A DNA stretch of 64,000 nucleotides from Nitrospirales bacterium (GCA_965203295.1 CBDBCZ010000015.1:704001-768000), one strand, 5' to 3'; counted from the stretch's first letter, positions 12,801 to 26,100 are shown. The notes: generated by a model from the letters alone, not told the origin. A program made the numbers and translations.

Positions 12801-15800
12801 GTCGTTTCCAACAAAAGCATGGTGTACCAGTTGCAGTTGTTATAGAAAGTGTTGCAGCCAGTGGTGCAATATCTAATAGTCGTGATCTTCCAGGAGTTGC
12901 AAGCAAATATATTCCAAAGACATTGACATGTCATGCTCAGGAGTGAGCTCCAAAATTGGTAAAAGCCTACGTACAATGAGAACAATCCTACATGCACCAT
13001 TTGCAAGGTCACCAAATTCGCACCCTAGGTGACATTATGAATGATGTTGACACCTGTCCAGTAGCAAGCATATCTTTAGTCTAAACTAATCATTTTTCTT
13101 ACTGTAGCATCCCAGTCACAGCAGCAACAGCTGAATTTTTTTGCTTAATGGCGTTTTAAGATATTTCTCCGCTCAAATGTCACAGCCATTTTGAACTCTG
13201 CCATACTTTTACATGTTCCCAATGACTCCATAAAACTTGCTAGATAGTTTGCCTCTGTAAAGAAAGAAGTCGCTTTTTGGTACACATCAGGCGTAATGTA
13301 TTAGGTTCACTTTGCTACTTTGAGATGCACGGAGATATCATATAATATAAGATTAAAAATTCCAGTGTGGGAATCAGCCGCTTTATTGTAGTGCCGCACC
13401 AATCACAAGAACCTTCCTCTGCTGATGAACAAAGTTAACCGGATGGTTTTATATGTACTTCTGCAGGAGCTATTGAAACTATTGCCTACACCTGCCATCA
13501 CAGCTAATCCAAGACATCGTTGCTCTCTCCAATTCATTGGAGCCACACACCTGGCAAGTATGGTCATCTTCAATTATAAGAAAATGTGGTACTGGTATAG
13601 ACATCTTTGTAATCCACAAGCTACGTACACGGTAGATAAAATACTTTTAACTATAATCTGTCTCTGGTTGTATGGTAGTAGTCTTTTCATTCACCCCTGC
13701 ATGCTTATTGGCCTTCTCATGCTAATCTTTCTCCAGGAACTCAAGAAGCCTCATCGATGTGATGACTTCTCCCTTAATCCAGACCTTCCTTTTCCTCCGT
13801 GTTCACGATAGCGGCTTGCTGACTTCCAGAACATTGCAAAAGTAGTGTCGCATTTGTCCTGATGAATAGGCTAGAACTAATCTGGTGCCCACAGTTGTAC
13901 AGGTCACATGGTGAATATTTTTGTTGCAAGCTGACTCATCATCATGAAGCTGGTAGAAAACGCAAGCTTGGATAGGACGTATGGCCTTAGAGAGTAGGAA
14001 GATACCACTGCCTCAAAATCCATTCTTGTAGTGGACTAGTGTCAAAATGTTTTCCCAAAGTTGAGAAATCAAACCCAGAAGAGCAGACTTCGAAACTCCT
14101 GGTTTTAAGCTTCCACTACTTCTGGATCTTTCTCCACATCTTCTTGGCTGGACCAAAAACTCAATCAATGAGAGGCTGCAGTAGCTCGGGAGCACAATAT
14201 GAAGCTGTTTTGCCAGACAGCACATGCATATATTGTCAAATCATGTGGGAGTGGTGGCCATCAAAAGAAAAAGAGGTAGCCCCACACCTGCATAGCAGCT
14301 TGGTTGAACTGGCAAATGTACAGAAAGCAGTCTCATCATAGTTCCATAGACCATGAGTGACCTCAGCATCTGAATTTGACAGTTTCATCCTTTCTGAAAT
14401 TAGCCTCTAGCCTGTCAAAAAAGGATACTGATGGTGTCTGGATGTACTGTTTTTGCAAGACACTTGCACAGATGTTGTGGTTTGCTTGCTGATAGCTTAG
14501 ATCAGTGTTTAAAAAAGTGTCCCCACCAATCCCTCCTGGGATCAAAGGGAGCTCGAAGCTGTTTTTCAATAACATAGTCTAAGACGATGACCAGCACCAA
14601 CTCCCTTGTCGCCCCAAACTCCATCTCTGCCAAAACTTAATTAGACAAGTGAGCACTACCTCATGCTCTTCATATGCTTATGGGAGACACAGTCATGCAG
14701 TATGCTTTTCGAAACATAAACTTCTTTGCAGCTGTATAAACACTTCTTTCACTTTGAGTGCACTTTGAAGTGAGTCAATTTTTGGGTGTAACTCTTCGAC
14801 TTTTACAGTCAACAACTCATTTACATTGATCATTTTCACTATAACTGTTATAGCCAAATTTGGAACGCCTGGGGCAAACTATATATGAAAAAAGCTGGTT
14901 AGTAATTTTAAGAGTTTGTTATTTTAAAAAATATTTGTGGTCTGAGAGAGTACATGTAGTCTATTTTAAGTCTGCTAGGGTTACTAGCTCTAGGATCAGA
15001 AGAAGTAGCGCTACTAGTGAGCTAAAACTATCGGACACTAAGGTTTAAGTAGCTGGACGTTTATATGAGTGTTTGTCAGTGGGCACGACGTGATCGTGAG
15101 TTTACCAATGGGAAGCGGTAAATCACTGTGCTTTGCTACTGTCTATGTTCAATCGAGTCTGGGGGCTTAGACTGCAGCATTCATTGTAATTGTCACACTT
15201 TGACACCAGTGCAGCGAGAAAAGAGCTACAGCCCGTAGGTCTTGTTTTATGACTAGTTATTTAACAAGGGGGGGTCACTCCCATAGGCTCTGTAGTCACA
15301 ACTGCAACCACAGTCGGTCAATGCCGCTCAAAAGGGTGTGGTCAATGGTCAAAGTGTGCTCAGAAATACGGTCAACGCTGACAACGGCAGGTCGCAGTGC
15401 GGAATAGATGAACTCGTACGCAAGGGCAAAATTTTGCAGCTTGTCACTTGAGCGCATTTCGGTAGACTCGGATTGAGTGGCTAGCTTTAGGGAAAGTCCC
15501 TCATACAATCAACGGTAAAAATTGTAGAGCGGTTAAAGGTCAACGGCCGAAAATGAACGTGGTCAACGGTCAAACCACTGAAAGAGCTGGTCAAAACTTT
15601 GACCCGCAGACACAGTTGTGACTACAGAGCCTATGGGAGTGACCCCTCCCCCCTTGTTTAAAGTGTGATTTACACCGTACACGAGCTGTAAAGCAAAATT
15701 AAATCTGCGTACATTATACATCTTTGCCAGCCAGGCCAGACGGAACTTTCTTCCATCAGGTCACTAGACGATTAAGTAAAGCATAGATAGTAGAGAAGAA

Positions 15801-15964
15801 GGACTCTACTATCTATGAGTAAAAAGCATATAATATAGTACACGCGTACTACGATTAAAGTATCCCACCCAAATTTTCCTTACTCAAAATTACTTCCTAC
15901 CTGTATCACCCTCAGCTAAGTTGGTTAGCTCTGAGGTATCCAGATCGTCCTCCCAATCACTCAT
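874..15964 (-). CDS. DDX43: KH-domain protein, most likely the N-terminus of a DDX43/DDX53-like DEAD-box RNA helicase; first three coding exons, gene continues beyond the left edge
   Basis: Exons 15964-15901 (MSDWEDDLDTSELTNLAEGDT, phase 1), 9470-9330 (...EPVKFYMRSADVGKVI, phase 1) and 929-874 (GRGGQRIRELEERTETKIK), all with GT-AG sites and matching phases. Joined, they give a KH domain with a GRGG loop resembling the DDX43 KH region. The helicase core is not in the window, so the symbol is tentative. Confidence 0.65.
1871..2737. repeat. Two inverted copies of an interspersed repeat (1871-2225 and 2338-2737) around a (CA)n tract
   Basis: Reverse-complement similarity along the full length, e.g. 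TAGCTGACAGATTCCTGC / GCAGGAATCTGTCAGCTA and CATCCGTTAC / GTAACGGATG. Further copies lie near 7450-7760 and 34280-34620. Confidence 0.85.
3029..3430 (+). repeat. Interspersed repeat, with an inverted second copy at about 7957-8375
   Basis: Shared motifs ACTGGAGAAG, CAACTGGCC and CCCGGG..AGGG.TGGAACAAACTTTATA appear reverse-complemented at 7957-8375. Confidence 0.7.
5547..6079. mobile_element. Non-autonomous Tc1/mariner-pogo type MITE with TA target-site duplication, nested in an older repeat
   Basis: Perfect 16-bp TIR CCATAAACTCTGGAGT / ACTCCAGAGTTTATGG flanked by TA on both sides. Internal GGGTACTTATATTCA-like repeats. An uninterrupted host motif is present at about 9167-9203. Confidence 0.85.
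9690..10880 (-). mobile_element. Decayed 3' part of a non-LTR retrotransposon (region after RT plus C-terminal zinc knuckle)
   Basis: Frameshifted ORFs 10405-10587 (LRPTLEYGSEV...), 10041-10424 and 9851-10051 (CKLCGDECESVVYVLWECPAY). Short (TCTTGC)-like tail near 9690-9705. Confidence 0.8.
12940..13285 (+). mobile_element. hAT transposase C-terminal (dimerisation domain) relic
   Basis: Broken reading gives SIPVTAATAE, KIFLRS and LNSAILLHV, matching the hAT PVT..TAERSFS.L...K..LRS.M...RLN.L..LHV motif. Confidence 0.55.
13480..14790 (-). mobile_element. pogo/Tigger-family DDE transposase pseudogene with a C-terminal PHD-like remnant
   Basis: Minus-strand fragments: AAKKF...SILHD (psq-like HTH), LWNYDETAFC (about 14325-14352), FDGHHSH (about 14247-14267) and EDDHTCQVCGSNELERATMSWISCD (about 13497-13575). 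Many stops and frameshifts. Confidence 0.6.
15264..15657. mobile_element. MITE with ~40-bp TIRs; second copy at 58717-59107
   Basis: TIR ACAAGGGGGGGTCACTCCCATAGGCTCTGTAGTCACAACTG is mirrored at the right end, with TTA on both flanks. The internal GGTCAACGGTCAAA-rich sequence is shared with the copy in the Pasha intron. Confidence 0.85.
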
Positions 15965-16674
15965 TTTCACGCTTTTCATGTAACACGTGGCTCCATCGCC
16001 CTGACGGTACGGTGATCCGAAATCGATTCCCGGGATCGAGCGGTATCCTGTCCCGTACCGCGTATCTATTAAGCGGAAATTGCAGAGGGGGTAGGTGTGG
16101 CCCACATGTATGCAAACACGAGGGAAGTGACAGCCCGTGCATAGCCTCTGCTTTATCACGATTTTCATCAAGTATATACCACGTTCATCTGCTGATTCAT
16201 TAATTTTTTATTTTTATGGCACCCCATCAATGATCCTTTCTTCATGCTTCCATACCCTGACCTTTTTGGCTTTCAGTTCTCTTTCCACACATGTAGTCAT
16301 TGAAATGAAGATGATAACAACAAACTTCCACTAACAGGTTGAAAAACCACAAAGACAAGTGTCCTACACCTTATAATAACAGACAGTGACATCAACACAA
16401 AGCATAAAAAATTGCAAGTGCATAGCACGGGTGGAGTACAGAATTCTTTCATTCTTCAAACAGGTGAATTGTCTACATGAATATGGAAAGATAAAGTTAA
16501 AGACTAGATAAGGAGTAAGCTATGACTGCCCCACTACAGTTCCTTTGCATGCCCTTACAATGACTCAAACATGTCACTATACGTGCATATACTCGTACAG
16601 GATTGCTTACTACAGTATTCTTGTGCAACTAGTAATGTCATTTGCTAGCGATTAATTTTGCACCCTAGTCTTAA

Positions 16675-17153
16675 GGTTAGGCCCAACCGGAAGTTTTGCT
16701 ATGTTCGCGCACGCCGCTAGGTACCTTAGATAATATAATACTTCAAATGTATTATGATAACGTAATACTTTCATGTACTAAGTGAAAGCGTAAGTGAGTT
16801 GCCAGAAAAATCTGTCGCGGTAAATCCCAGGACTGCGCGAGCTACCTGTAGGTCTGATTCGCAGATATGCTAAATGTCTAAGGGGTCAACATGTCCAGAC
16901 ATCGAGAACAAAGACTTATCGCGTTTTTCCAGAGCATACAGAGCCGACTTTTTAAAATCGCGGCCATTACTTTCCAACGGAGGGCGATAAGGAAGACCAA
17001 TAGAATTCTTGTTCCTAGGCTTTCTCCAGTCCTTATACTTTTGTCCTGCATAGTTTTTGTGGCCTTCCATTGCTGTGTTGTCGAGCTATGAGCATCAAAA
17101 CCGTACACGGTCATATTTTAAAAATATTTTTTCACTTCCGGTTGGGCCTAACC
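16675..17153. mobile_element. TTAA-targeting non-autonomous DNA transposon, Kolobok-like
   Basis: Perfect 20-bp TIR GGTTAGGCCCAACCGGAAGT / ACTTCCGGTTGGGCCTAACC, with TTAA at 16671-16674 and 17154-17157. GG...CC termini fit Kolobok better than piggyBac. Confidence 0.8.
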
Positions 17154-17177
17154 TTAAGTTCAGCTTTTACTGCCAGT

Positions 17178-20100
17178 CTAATTGAATTCACTTGTACCTG
17201 GATTAGATTGGATGTGCTTAGTAATCAAAACACAAATCTCTTGATGACCAGCTGCAGTAGCAATGTCAAACGCAGTGCATCCATCCTGTGAGGGCATAAT
17301 TGACTATGTTAGAACTTTTCTAAATTACTACCCCTAATTTTTTCTCTTGGAAAACAGAACCCAGAAACTGCAGGCGGAAAAACGTGAGGTATTAATCGCT
17401 GTAGGCTTAAACAAACAAGTAGTGCAGTTGTGCCACGATCCTGTAGTTCTGTGTATACAAACTGGGGAATGGCGCCAAAGACATCTTCCTAGGTACACAT
17501 GCCATATTGTCAAGTGAGGGAAGTGGCAGTGATGAGTTCTATGAAGTGTTGCTAATTTTTTTATTATTATTGCAGTTCCAATAACAAAGTATGTACATAC
17601 GTTCATATGCAAAACCAGCCACACATTACAACTTCCTTACATTATCTTTAAGATCTGTTCGGCACTCTGGAATTAGAAGTCTTTTAACAATGTCTCTGTA
17701 TCCATTTTGACAAGCAAACATCAGTGCTGTAGACCCATCCTGTCCAAAGATGAATGTCAAAAATGAATACAAGTATGAAGGGACTGTAACTACATCAAAT
17801 TCTACACGTATTTCACAACAGATATTAAACTAGGGTATTATTCATTTATGTACGAAGTAAGAGTGCTCAGTATTGCTTACTCAGTACAATTTAAGATTGT
17901 GGTACTGTGAGGGTACAATAAACTGCATGTATACATGGAAAGATTGCCATATAACATGTAAATTGGTAAAATCCAGTGATATTGGACGGCTTGATGAACA
18001 GGCCATTTAGAATCATGGGTGGTGTGTATTCATTGAATGGGTAGCCATGCAATATCATTTATCACTTGACATTAGACTTGTCTTGCTTGTATTTAGCTTG
18101 TCCTACGGACTCGCCCAAATACAGCACAGGCTTGTCCAATATCCAGTGGTAATGGACGGCTACCCATCCAATAAGATACATGGAGAAGTAACAGAATCCA
18201 GGGTTCTGGTTTTAGATTATAGTAGTAGCGTACTAGCCAATCAAATCGCTAGAAATGAGGTCAATAATGTAGGTTAAAGCACGCGCGTGACGTGCACGAA
18301 CGCGTGCCTAGCAACCCCGGTGGCGTAGCAACGTGTATAAAATCGTTCAGCCGTTGCCATGCTCACAGTTGCTTCAATATTCAGCATGGAGAGGAGTACG
18401 CTAATACGAGTGGAGGTAGTGGACGGCACAGAAGAGCTCGAATTGACTAAACAGCGAGCGTTTGCGTTGTGCTGAAGAGTGAATTTACATCGCTGAAGCT
18501 GTTGCCATGCGCCAGTCAAGGCCAACGCGTTCGGCCCACAGCGTTTGCAGCGTCTCCAGGGACGTTCCAAGAGCGCTACAAAACCCAGAGACTCTTCAAT
18601 CAGCGCCTTCACTCGAGTGGCTCACTCTCTGAACAGGCATCTTGCAAGACATGTACAGCTATCGCCGAACTAGCTCTCAAGACTACCTTCGAACACTGTA
18701 GCCTTGCGTAGCCAGCCCATGCAAGAACACTGTAGCAGTATTATTATTATTCCTGTGTACATGCATTGCTTGTTGTAGTGTTGTATTGCTAATTTTTTAC
18801 AAAATACAGGAGCGAACTATAATCTAAGTCAGTTAGTGCACCCAAATACTCGGGCTCAACCTCCATTATTGACCTCGGAAAGTAATTTTCCCTCGGTCAA
18901 TAATGTCGGTTAGAGCCCTCGTCGGGGTGCACTAACTATTACATAGAGGTGTGCATCAAAAACATTTTCCTGTTGAAAATAGAGTTGAACATCTACATGT
19001 ATTGCCCAAGGATCTCTCAAATGACATTACCTTATCAGTAGTGTTGACATCTGCCCCAGCCAGAAGAAGCATATCAGTCATGCCTAAGTTACCACTACTG
19101 CTTGCCAACATGAGGGGTGTCTGTTGATTCTATATAATTAAAAAAACACAACAGTCCATAAATGCAACACACACTATACACTACCAATTCCTCGCCCAGG
19201 ACCAGTATCATCACCAACTCGAACTAAACTGAGAGTAGAATCTAACCCTGTGTAATTAGCTACTATAGTGGTGTGCAGCTATATAGGCCAATTTTGGCTG
19301 CTGGTTATGTATTGTGGCTTTCATTGATTGATGGATATACAGGAGGTAGATTTATTTCAATATCTGGACATATATAGGTAATAAGTATTATATGATGAAT
19401 AAATATTTGTCTTCTTAAGTAAAGTTAGCAGTGCATAATATAGCTTTGAGTTTGTTTCAGTTAGTTAGAAAAGTCACCAACTGGCTGTCCAGGAGCCCGT
19501 AAGCCCTCGGTTGGCGAAGGGACAGAGTCCAGCGGCCAGGCGGTGTCTCAGAGTGTGCTCTATTTAGAGTTCTCCTCTAGTGTGGTTTTGCGGTTGGTGC
19601 TATCATAGCTACAGTTGCGTAGGTGTTTTTGTCCCCCCTCGAGCGTCTCTGTAAGCGTGGGTGGCAGTGTCAGCTCTAGCTGCACTGGTGGCTAGAGTCC
19701 TTCCACCGCGCAGCAGTGTCGCGGTTAGAGGGCAGTGACTTCCCCCGGGCTGAGACTATCTGTGAGTTGTTTCTGTGATTTTGTTCAGTCCTATGCCACC
19801 TATTGGCAGCTCATGATGATTAATAATGGAGTTTTGGCCTATATAAAGGCCTTTCGTCAGAGAGCTGATTCTGAGTCCATACGGAGTCAAGTTTTGGGCA
19901 AATACATTGCTAGTGTAATCCGTTCAGCTAAGATCTGTCTGTGGGAGAATTGCAATGACGATTTAATCAGACTGAAGCTTGAGATGAAGGTCAGGCGCAG
20001 TTCTTCCTCACGTCCTCAGGAGCTAGCTGATCTTGATGATGTACTTGAAGCTTTCGATGTACTTGACAGTGACAACTGTCTTCCTGAGATTATCTGTTCA

Positions 20101-23100
20101 GCTGATGATCTTCTGCAGATGCCGCAGCTTCTTCCACTTCGTAGTGCTGAGCGTGTGGCAGAAGAGATGCGTAGCCTGCATAATGAGGTTAGCTCTCGTC
20201 TTGATGCTATTGACAAGCGGCTGCAACAATTCCCTAGTGATAGTTCTGCAGTGGGTAAGTCTCGGGCTAGTACTAATGTGGGGGCTAGTACTGGAGTCGG
20301 TGCTGTTGCGAGTGCAGTAGGCTCTTCTCAGAAGTTCTCTGCCGATCCTCTTGAGCGTCGGAGCAATGTAATCTTGTTTGGCGTCTCTGAAGACAAGGAC
20401 TTTGCCGTTGTCTCTGATGTGTTAAAAGCTGCAGCTGGCGCCCCTGTCCCCATCAAAGACATGTTTAGGCTTGGCAAGAAGCCACAGCAGTCTCAGCTCA
20501 GTGGGCTGCAGAGTGATCTTGCTACTGCTGATGAATCTCCGTCATCTGGTGGCTCTTCCCCTGCATTCAGGTCTGCTCGTCCCAGACCTATTCTAGTTAA
20601 GCTCAGTTGCCCGTGGGATAGACGGGTTATTCTTGCTGGGAAAACAAAATTGCTTACAATTGAGAGTATGAAAACGTACTTCTTACAGCCAGATCTCTCC
20701 CCAGAGGAGCGTCAGAAACGCAGAGCTGAGTATTTGGCCCGTAAGGATCAGCGTAATGGGTATCTACTGGAAATGTCTGATGCCTCTTCTGCCAGGGTTG
20801 AGGAACTTTCTTTTGTGTCCTTCAATTGTAAAGGGTTTAGCAACGGTCTTTCTTTTTTGCCGGTCCTTCTCGATTCCTTTGATGTTGTTTTAGTCCAGGA
20901 GCATTGGTTGTCTGTCCCTGAGTTACATCGTTTATCCTTTGATGGTTTTATTTCCTTTGCCATCTCTGGCTTTGATAATTCTGTGATTCTACGAGGTCGT
21001 CCTTTTGGAGGTTGTGCTATACTCTATCGTCAGAGTCTAGTTAGTTCCTTTAAACAAGTGGCAACATCTTCGAATCGTTTCTGTGCTGTTAAAATTGTAC
21101 TTGAGAATCGCTGCTGTCTTATAATTAACGTTTATTTGCCTACTGATTATCGCTCTACTGCTGCTACTGACCAACTTGTTGACACCTTAGGTGAACTCTG
21201 CGGATTTATATCAACGGTTCCTCATGACTTTTTGATTATAGCTGGTGATTGGAACACTGACTTTTCTCGATCCTGTAGTTTTACTGACACGGTCTTATCT
21301 TTTCTTCATGATCTTGATCTTTCCCTTGTTGATCTTAGTTATTCTGATGATGTCCAATTCACCTACTTGGGCCACGATGGGTCCAAGTCTTGGCTGGATC
21401 ATGTTGCTGTGTCCACTCCTCTTCGTTCTGTAGTTAGCTCTGTTCATACATTATTGGATGGTAGAAATTTGTCCGATCATAATCCCCTTGCTTTCTCTCT
21501 TAATCTCTCTGTGGTCACTGTTGATTGTCCTCCTGCTGCCTTTGAGTTGAATGCTTGTGCTTGGTCCAAGGCTACTCCAGAAAACATCTGTCAGTATCAG
21601 TCTGCTGTTCTTCAGTCCCTTGATAAGTTGAGTAGTTGTCTGGTTGATGAAGTTGTCTTCTGTTGTAATCCGTCCTGTACAGTTCATCGCCAGCTTCTTG
21701 AGGAGGTTAGTGATAAGCTTGTGAAATGCCTTCAGCAGGCTGCTAAGTCCTCCATTCCACCCAGAGGTCCTGGTCGTCGTCGAAAGGTTGCTGGCTGGTC
21801 TGAGTTTGTCAAGCCAGAGCTGGCTGCTAGTCAGTGGTGGTATAAGCTTTGGCTTGAAGCGGGCTCCCCATCTGCTGGTGTTCTTTTTCAACTCAAAAAG
21901 CGTGCGCACCGTAGATATAAGTACGCCGTTCGTCGGGTTAGAAGGAGAGCTGAGCATATCAAATGCGATAGGTTGGCTGAAGCGATGCTCAATGACCCCA
22001 ATCGCGGCTTCTGGTCTGAAGCTTGTCGATTTTTCAGTAAACGTTCTGTGTCTTCTGCTCCTGTGGTTGATGGTGTTTCTGGTGTGGACGACATTGCTAG
22101 ACTTTGGGGTGACAGGTTCAAGGAGCTGTATAATACTGCAGATGACTCAATCTCCAGTGAGCTGCTTCTTAGTCTTGACTCTAGCACTACCTTGGCTGAC
22201 ATTGAGCAGATATCTGTTTCTTTTCAAACTGTACAGGAGGCTATTGGTAAGCTGAAGCGTGGCAAATCCGATGGTGGGCCACTGGTCTCCGACCACATTG
22301 TAGAAGCACCTGTTCCAATCTGTCATTTTCTTGCCCGCTTGTTTACCTCGGTGCTCAGGCATGGCTTTATGCCAGCTGCATTTCGCGATGCCACGATCCA
22401 GCCGATCCCTAAGGGCTCCAAGGACCCCTCTGTGTCTTCCAACTATCGAGGAATTGCTCTTGCGTCCTCCCTCAGTAAGGTTCTGGAATGGTCGATTCTT
22501 CTTTCTTGGAGTCAGTTCTTTACCACTAGTGATCTTCAGTTCGGATTTAAATCTGGATTCTCTACTACATTGTGCACGGGCGTGTTAAAAGCTGTCATTA
22601 ATCGGTATCTGAATGGTGGGTCAAAAGTATATGCTTGTTTAATCGATGCCTCTAAGGCCTTTGATCTTGTTGACCACGGAATTCTGTTTAATAAATTGCT
22701 TGATAGAAACATGCCAAAACCTCTCGTCCGGTTCCTTCTGAGGTGGTACAAGACTCAGCACCTGCGAATTCGCTGGCAGGGTAAATCTTCTGGCTGCTTT
22801 CAGGTATCGAACGGGGTACGCCAAGGCGGTGTTCTGAGTCCTATCCTGTTTACTATCTATGTTGATAGTCTGCTAGAATCGCTTCGTGCCTGTGGGCGAG
22901 GATGCTATTGGGAGGATCACTTCTCTGGTGTACTGTGCTACGCTGATAATCTCACGATCCTTGCTCCCTGTCCTGGTGCTCTTAGGAAGATGTTGACACA
23001 TTGTGAAGAGTTCACTGAGTCGCATGGTATTCGTTTTAATGCCTCTAAAACGCAACTGATCTGTTTTAGGCGTACATCTCAACCAGACCGTTCATGTTTT

Positions 23101-26100
23101 TGGTTTTGTGGTCAGTTCTTACCGGTAGTTGACTCGGTGCTTCATCTTGGCAATACTTTGCATTTCGACCTCTCGGATAAGCTTGATGTTCAACGCAAGT
23201 TAATGGCATTTATCCGGCAAGCCAATTCTGTTTTGTATTGTTTTAGAGCCACCGATCCTCTAACTAAGATGAGGTTGTTTCATGCTTACTGTCTCTCCCT
23301 TTATGGTTGTTCTCTGTGGAGACTAAATTGTCCTGCTTTGCGTTCGCTTGGTGTTGCCTTCAATCAGGTGATTAGAAGAATATGGCATCTTCCTCGAAAC
23401 TGTCACACTGCTATTGTCCACTCAGTTGGGTTAATTTCTAGCATCTTCAACATTGTGTTTGCCAGATTTAGTAAGTTTTTTTCGTCTGCCGTGTTACATT
23501 CCTCTCCTCTTGTTCGTTCGGTGTTTGTTGTTAGCTCGCAATCTTGCAATTCAAACTTCATTGGCTATAATGTTTTGTTCGGTAGTCGTCACTGCAAATC
23601 CTACTCTTCTCATGATGTGGCCATGGGTCAACTTATTAGAGAAATTCGTAGCACACACCATCACATCCCTAATTTCGATCCTCCTGAGCTGAACGCTATT
23701 ATTTTGTCTGTTTGTACGTCATAATCTATTATTCTGCATGTTCTTTTAGTTACTTGTGTTGTACCTTTATTGGTATGTCTGCCATAATAATAATAATAAT
23801 AATATAGGCACCTTGGAAGCCTTAGTGACTTAAAGTTGCTCTAAAGTCCTAATTAGACTAACAAAATATTCAGTTCACTCACTAACGGTAGTTACTAATA
23901 CATGTGGTCGATCCCATAGGGCATATTTAAAATTTTCCAATCCAGAACAGAGTAAGAGTTTGTAACTGCATTTGACTGTTTCTGCAGGATGACTAATATA
24001 GCATAAGTACTAGTTTTACAGCTACAGATGGCTTGGCCTAAACTGAGTTGTGCAGACTGTACTGGAAAAATTCCCGGCTGGTTATTTAGACGTGAAATGT
24101 CAAGCAGACTTGTTTAGCAAAACTTCCGACTAGGTCCAAACTTAAGGGGGCGGCATAAAGGTCTTTCTTGGGAATGTGAATACAACTTTGTTGGTCCCTA
24201 CATACTTGTAGCTATACCCTTTGCACACCAACTTTGTTCATATTAACAGAGCAAATAGTAACAGAAAAAATTTGCAGCACTAGGCAATCCACGGACCAAT
24301 ATTAGTAGCAGTTGCTACAAAACTACTACGTACATGTATACTAAGTATGTACATGTAGTACTACATGGCCATGAAAGCACTAACTCACTTACATGTACAT
24401 GTACGGAGTCAGAATGACGTATCAACTAACCTGTTGAACCATAGCGTTCACATTTCCTCTTTCAATTAGAAGAGCTACGCCTTCCTGATGGTTGCTGATT
24501 TCCATTCCACATGCTGCTGTAAGCATCAGTGGCGTGTAACCGGCCTGTACAATTAACACATAAAACACACTGGTCCTTACTTGGTTGTGCCAGCCCCTTT
24601 AACTTTAGTACTATAAGCCGGGTTTTGGTTGCATAGTGAAAAGAATATTTCCAAGGGAAATTGCCTATTGCATGTACATGTATGGTGCAATGCACATATT
24701 TCGTTCCAATCAATGCGTGCTTAAATCCTCACAATTAAAAATCCAGACTTATGGCATTGGCAGTGACTGCATAGCAATGTATGAAGCGCTATGATATCAT
24801 AGCTCATGTGCACCATCATGGCTAGCTAGTCAGGTTTCCCCCAAAGGACAGGTAGATGGTGACTTCATCACAGCTACAAAGACTTGCAACTACATTGCTA
24901 TCATGTCAATGCCAGACAGGATGCTTAGCACAATTCATCAGGGAGCTATACCACTTTATACAAACACACTGTTGTTGTAAGTATTGTGTCACTCAATACT
25001 GAAACTGAATTTCAGAGAAAGCTAGATTGTTGAGCTCTCTTACGTAGCATGCACAATGAAACTCAATAGAGGTCCAAACGTTTCAATCCGAGGATCTTCA
25101 TCAGTGCATTACAGAACTGCACAGGAACTCAAGCTTTAAGTACTGGGAGATATGGATGGCTTCCATCACTTTCCACTCAGTGACACCATATGGTATGGGG
25201 GCGAGGTACTAGCCCCATACCATGGTGAGTGGAACAGAATTTTCGGTGAGGTGCAGTGCTGGAAGAATGGGCTTTGGAAAGCTGAAGATATAAGAGGTCA
25301 CTGTTCCACTATATACATGCACATGTACGCGCACCATAAATTTCTTATACACAAACACATCACTGACAAATGCTCCGTAAATTATTGATACAAAAACCTA
25401 CCCGATTAGCAATCGTTGAGTTGCAGCACCTCAGCCTTACGAACTGTAGTACAACTTCAAAGTTTCCATCAGCCACAGCATAGTGTAATGCAGTGTTTCC
25501 CTAAGAAATTACAAAATGAACAGGACCCAGCTGAGGATAGAATCCAGGACCTTCTGAATACTATAGTCAGATGCTCTTACCCATTGAGATACTGGAGCCC
25601 CTTGGCAGAGGAGCAGTAGGCAAGCTTTATATAGCCACTAAACCCGCTAGTAGCACTTGCCAGTAGGAGCCAGCCAATTCCAACTGTAATTACTCTCTCA
25701 TTAGGCCTCTCCCCCCATCTCCTAATATACATCGCCCATATCTCATTTCAGCACACAAGTCTATAACAACAATGCCACTGCCATTTAACCTGTCTTAGGT
25801 TACACATCCACATGATGTTCCTAATATCACATCAATAAACTTTCATGCATTTACACTGCTGCATTTGTTTACCAGCTGGAGTGCGCTGCGCACGCGAACG
25901 GCTGGTCCTAAGATTGCTGTACGTTTTTCATGTCAGTTTGTTTGTTTGTTTGTGCGTCCACACTTATCACGTGCGCAATATATTACGTCATACGTTACTA
26001 TGCAACTGTGGTGTATAGCTGCTTTTGAAGGTTTGCGGGCCAAGCTACAGCAAATGAAGGTAGTTGTGTGTTGCCTAGATGGCGAAAACTTGGTAGAAAG

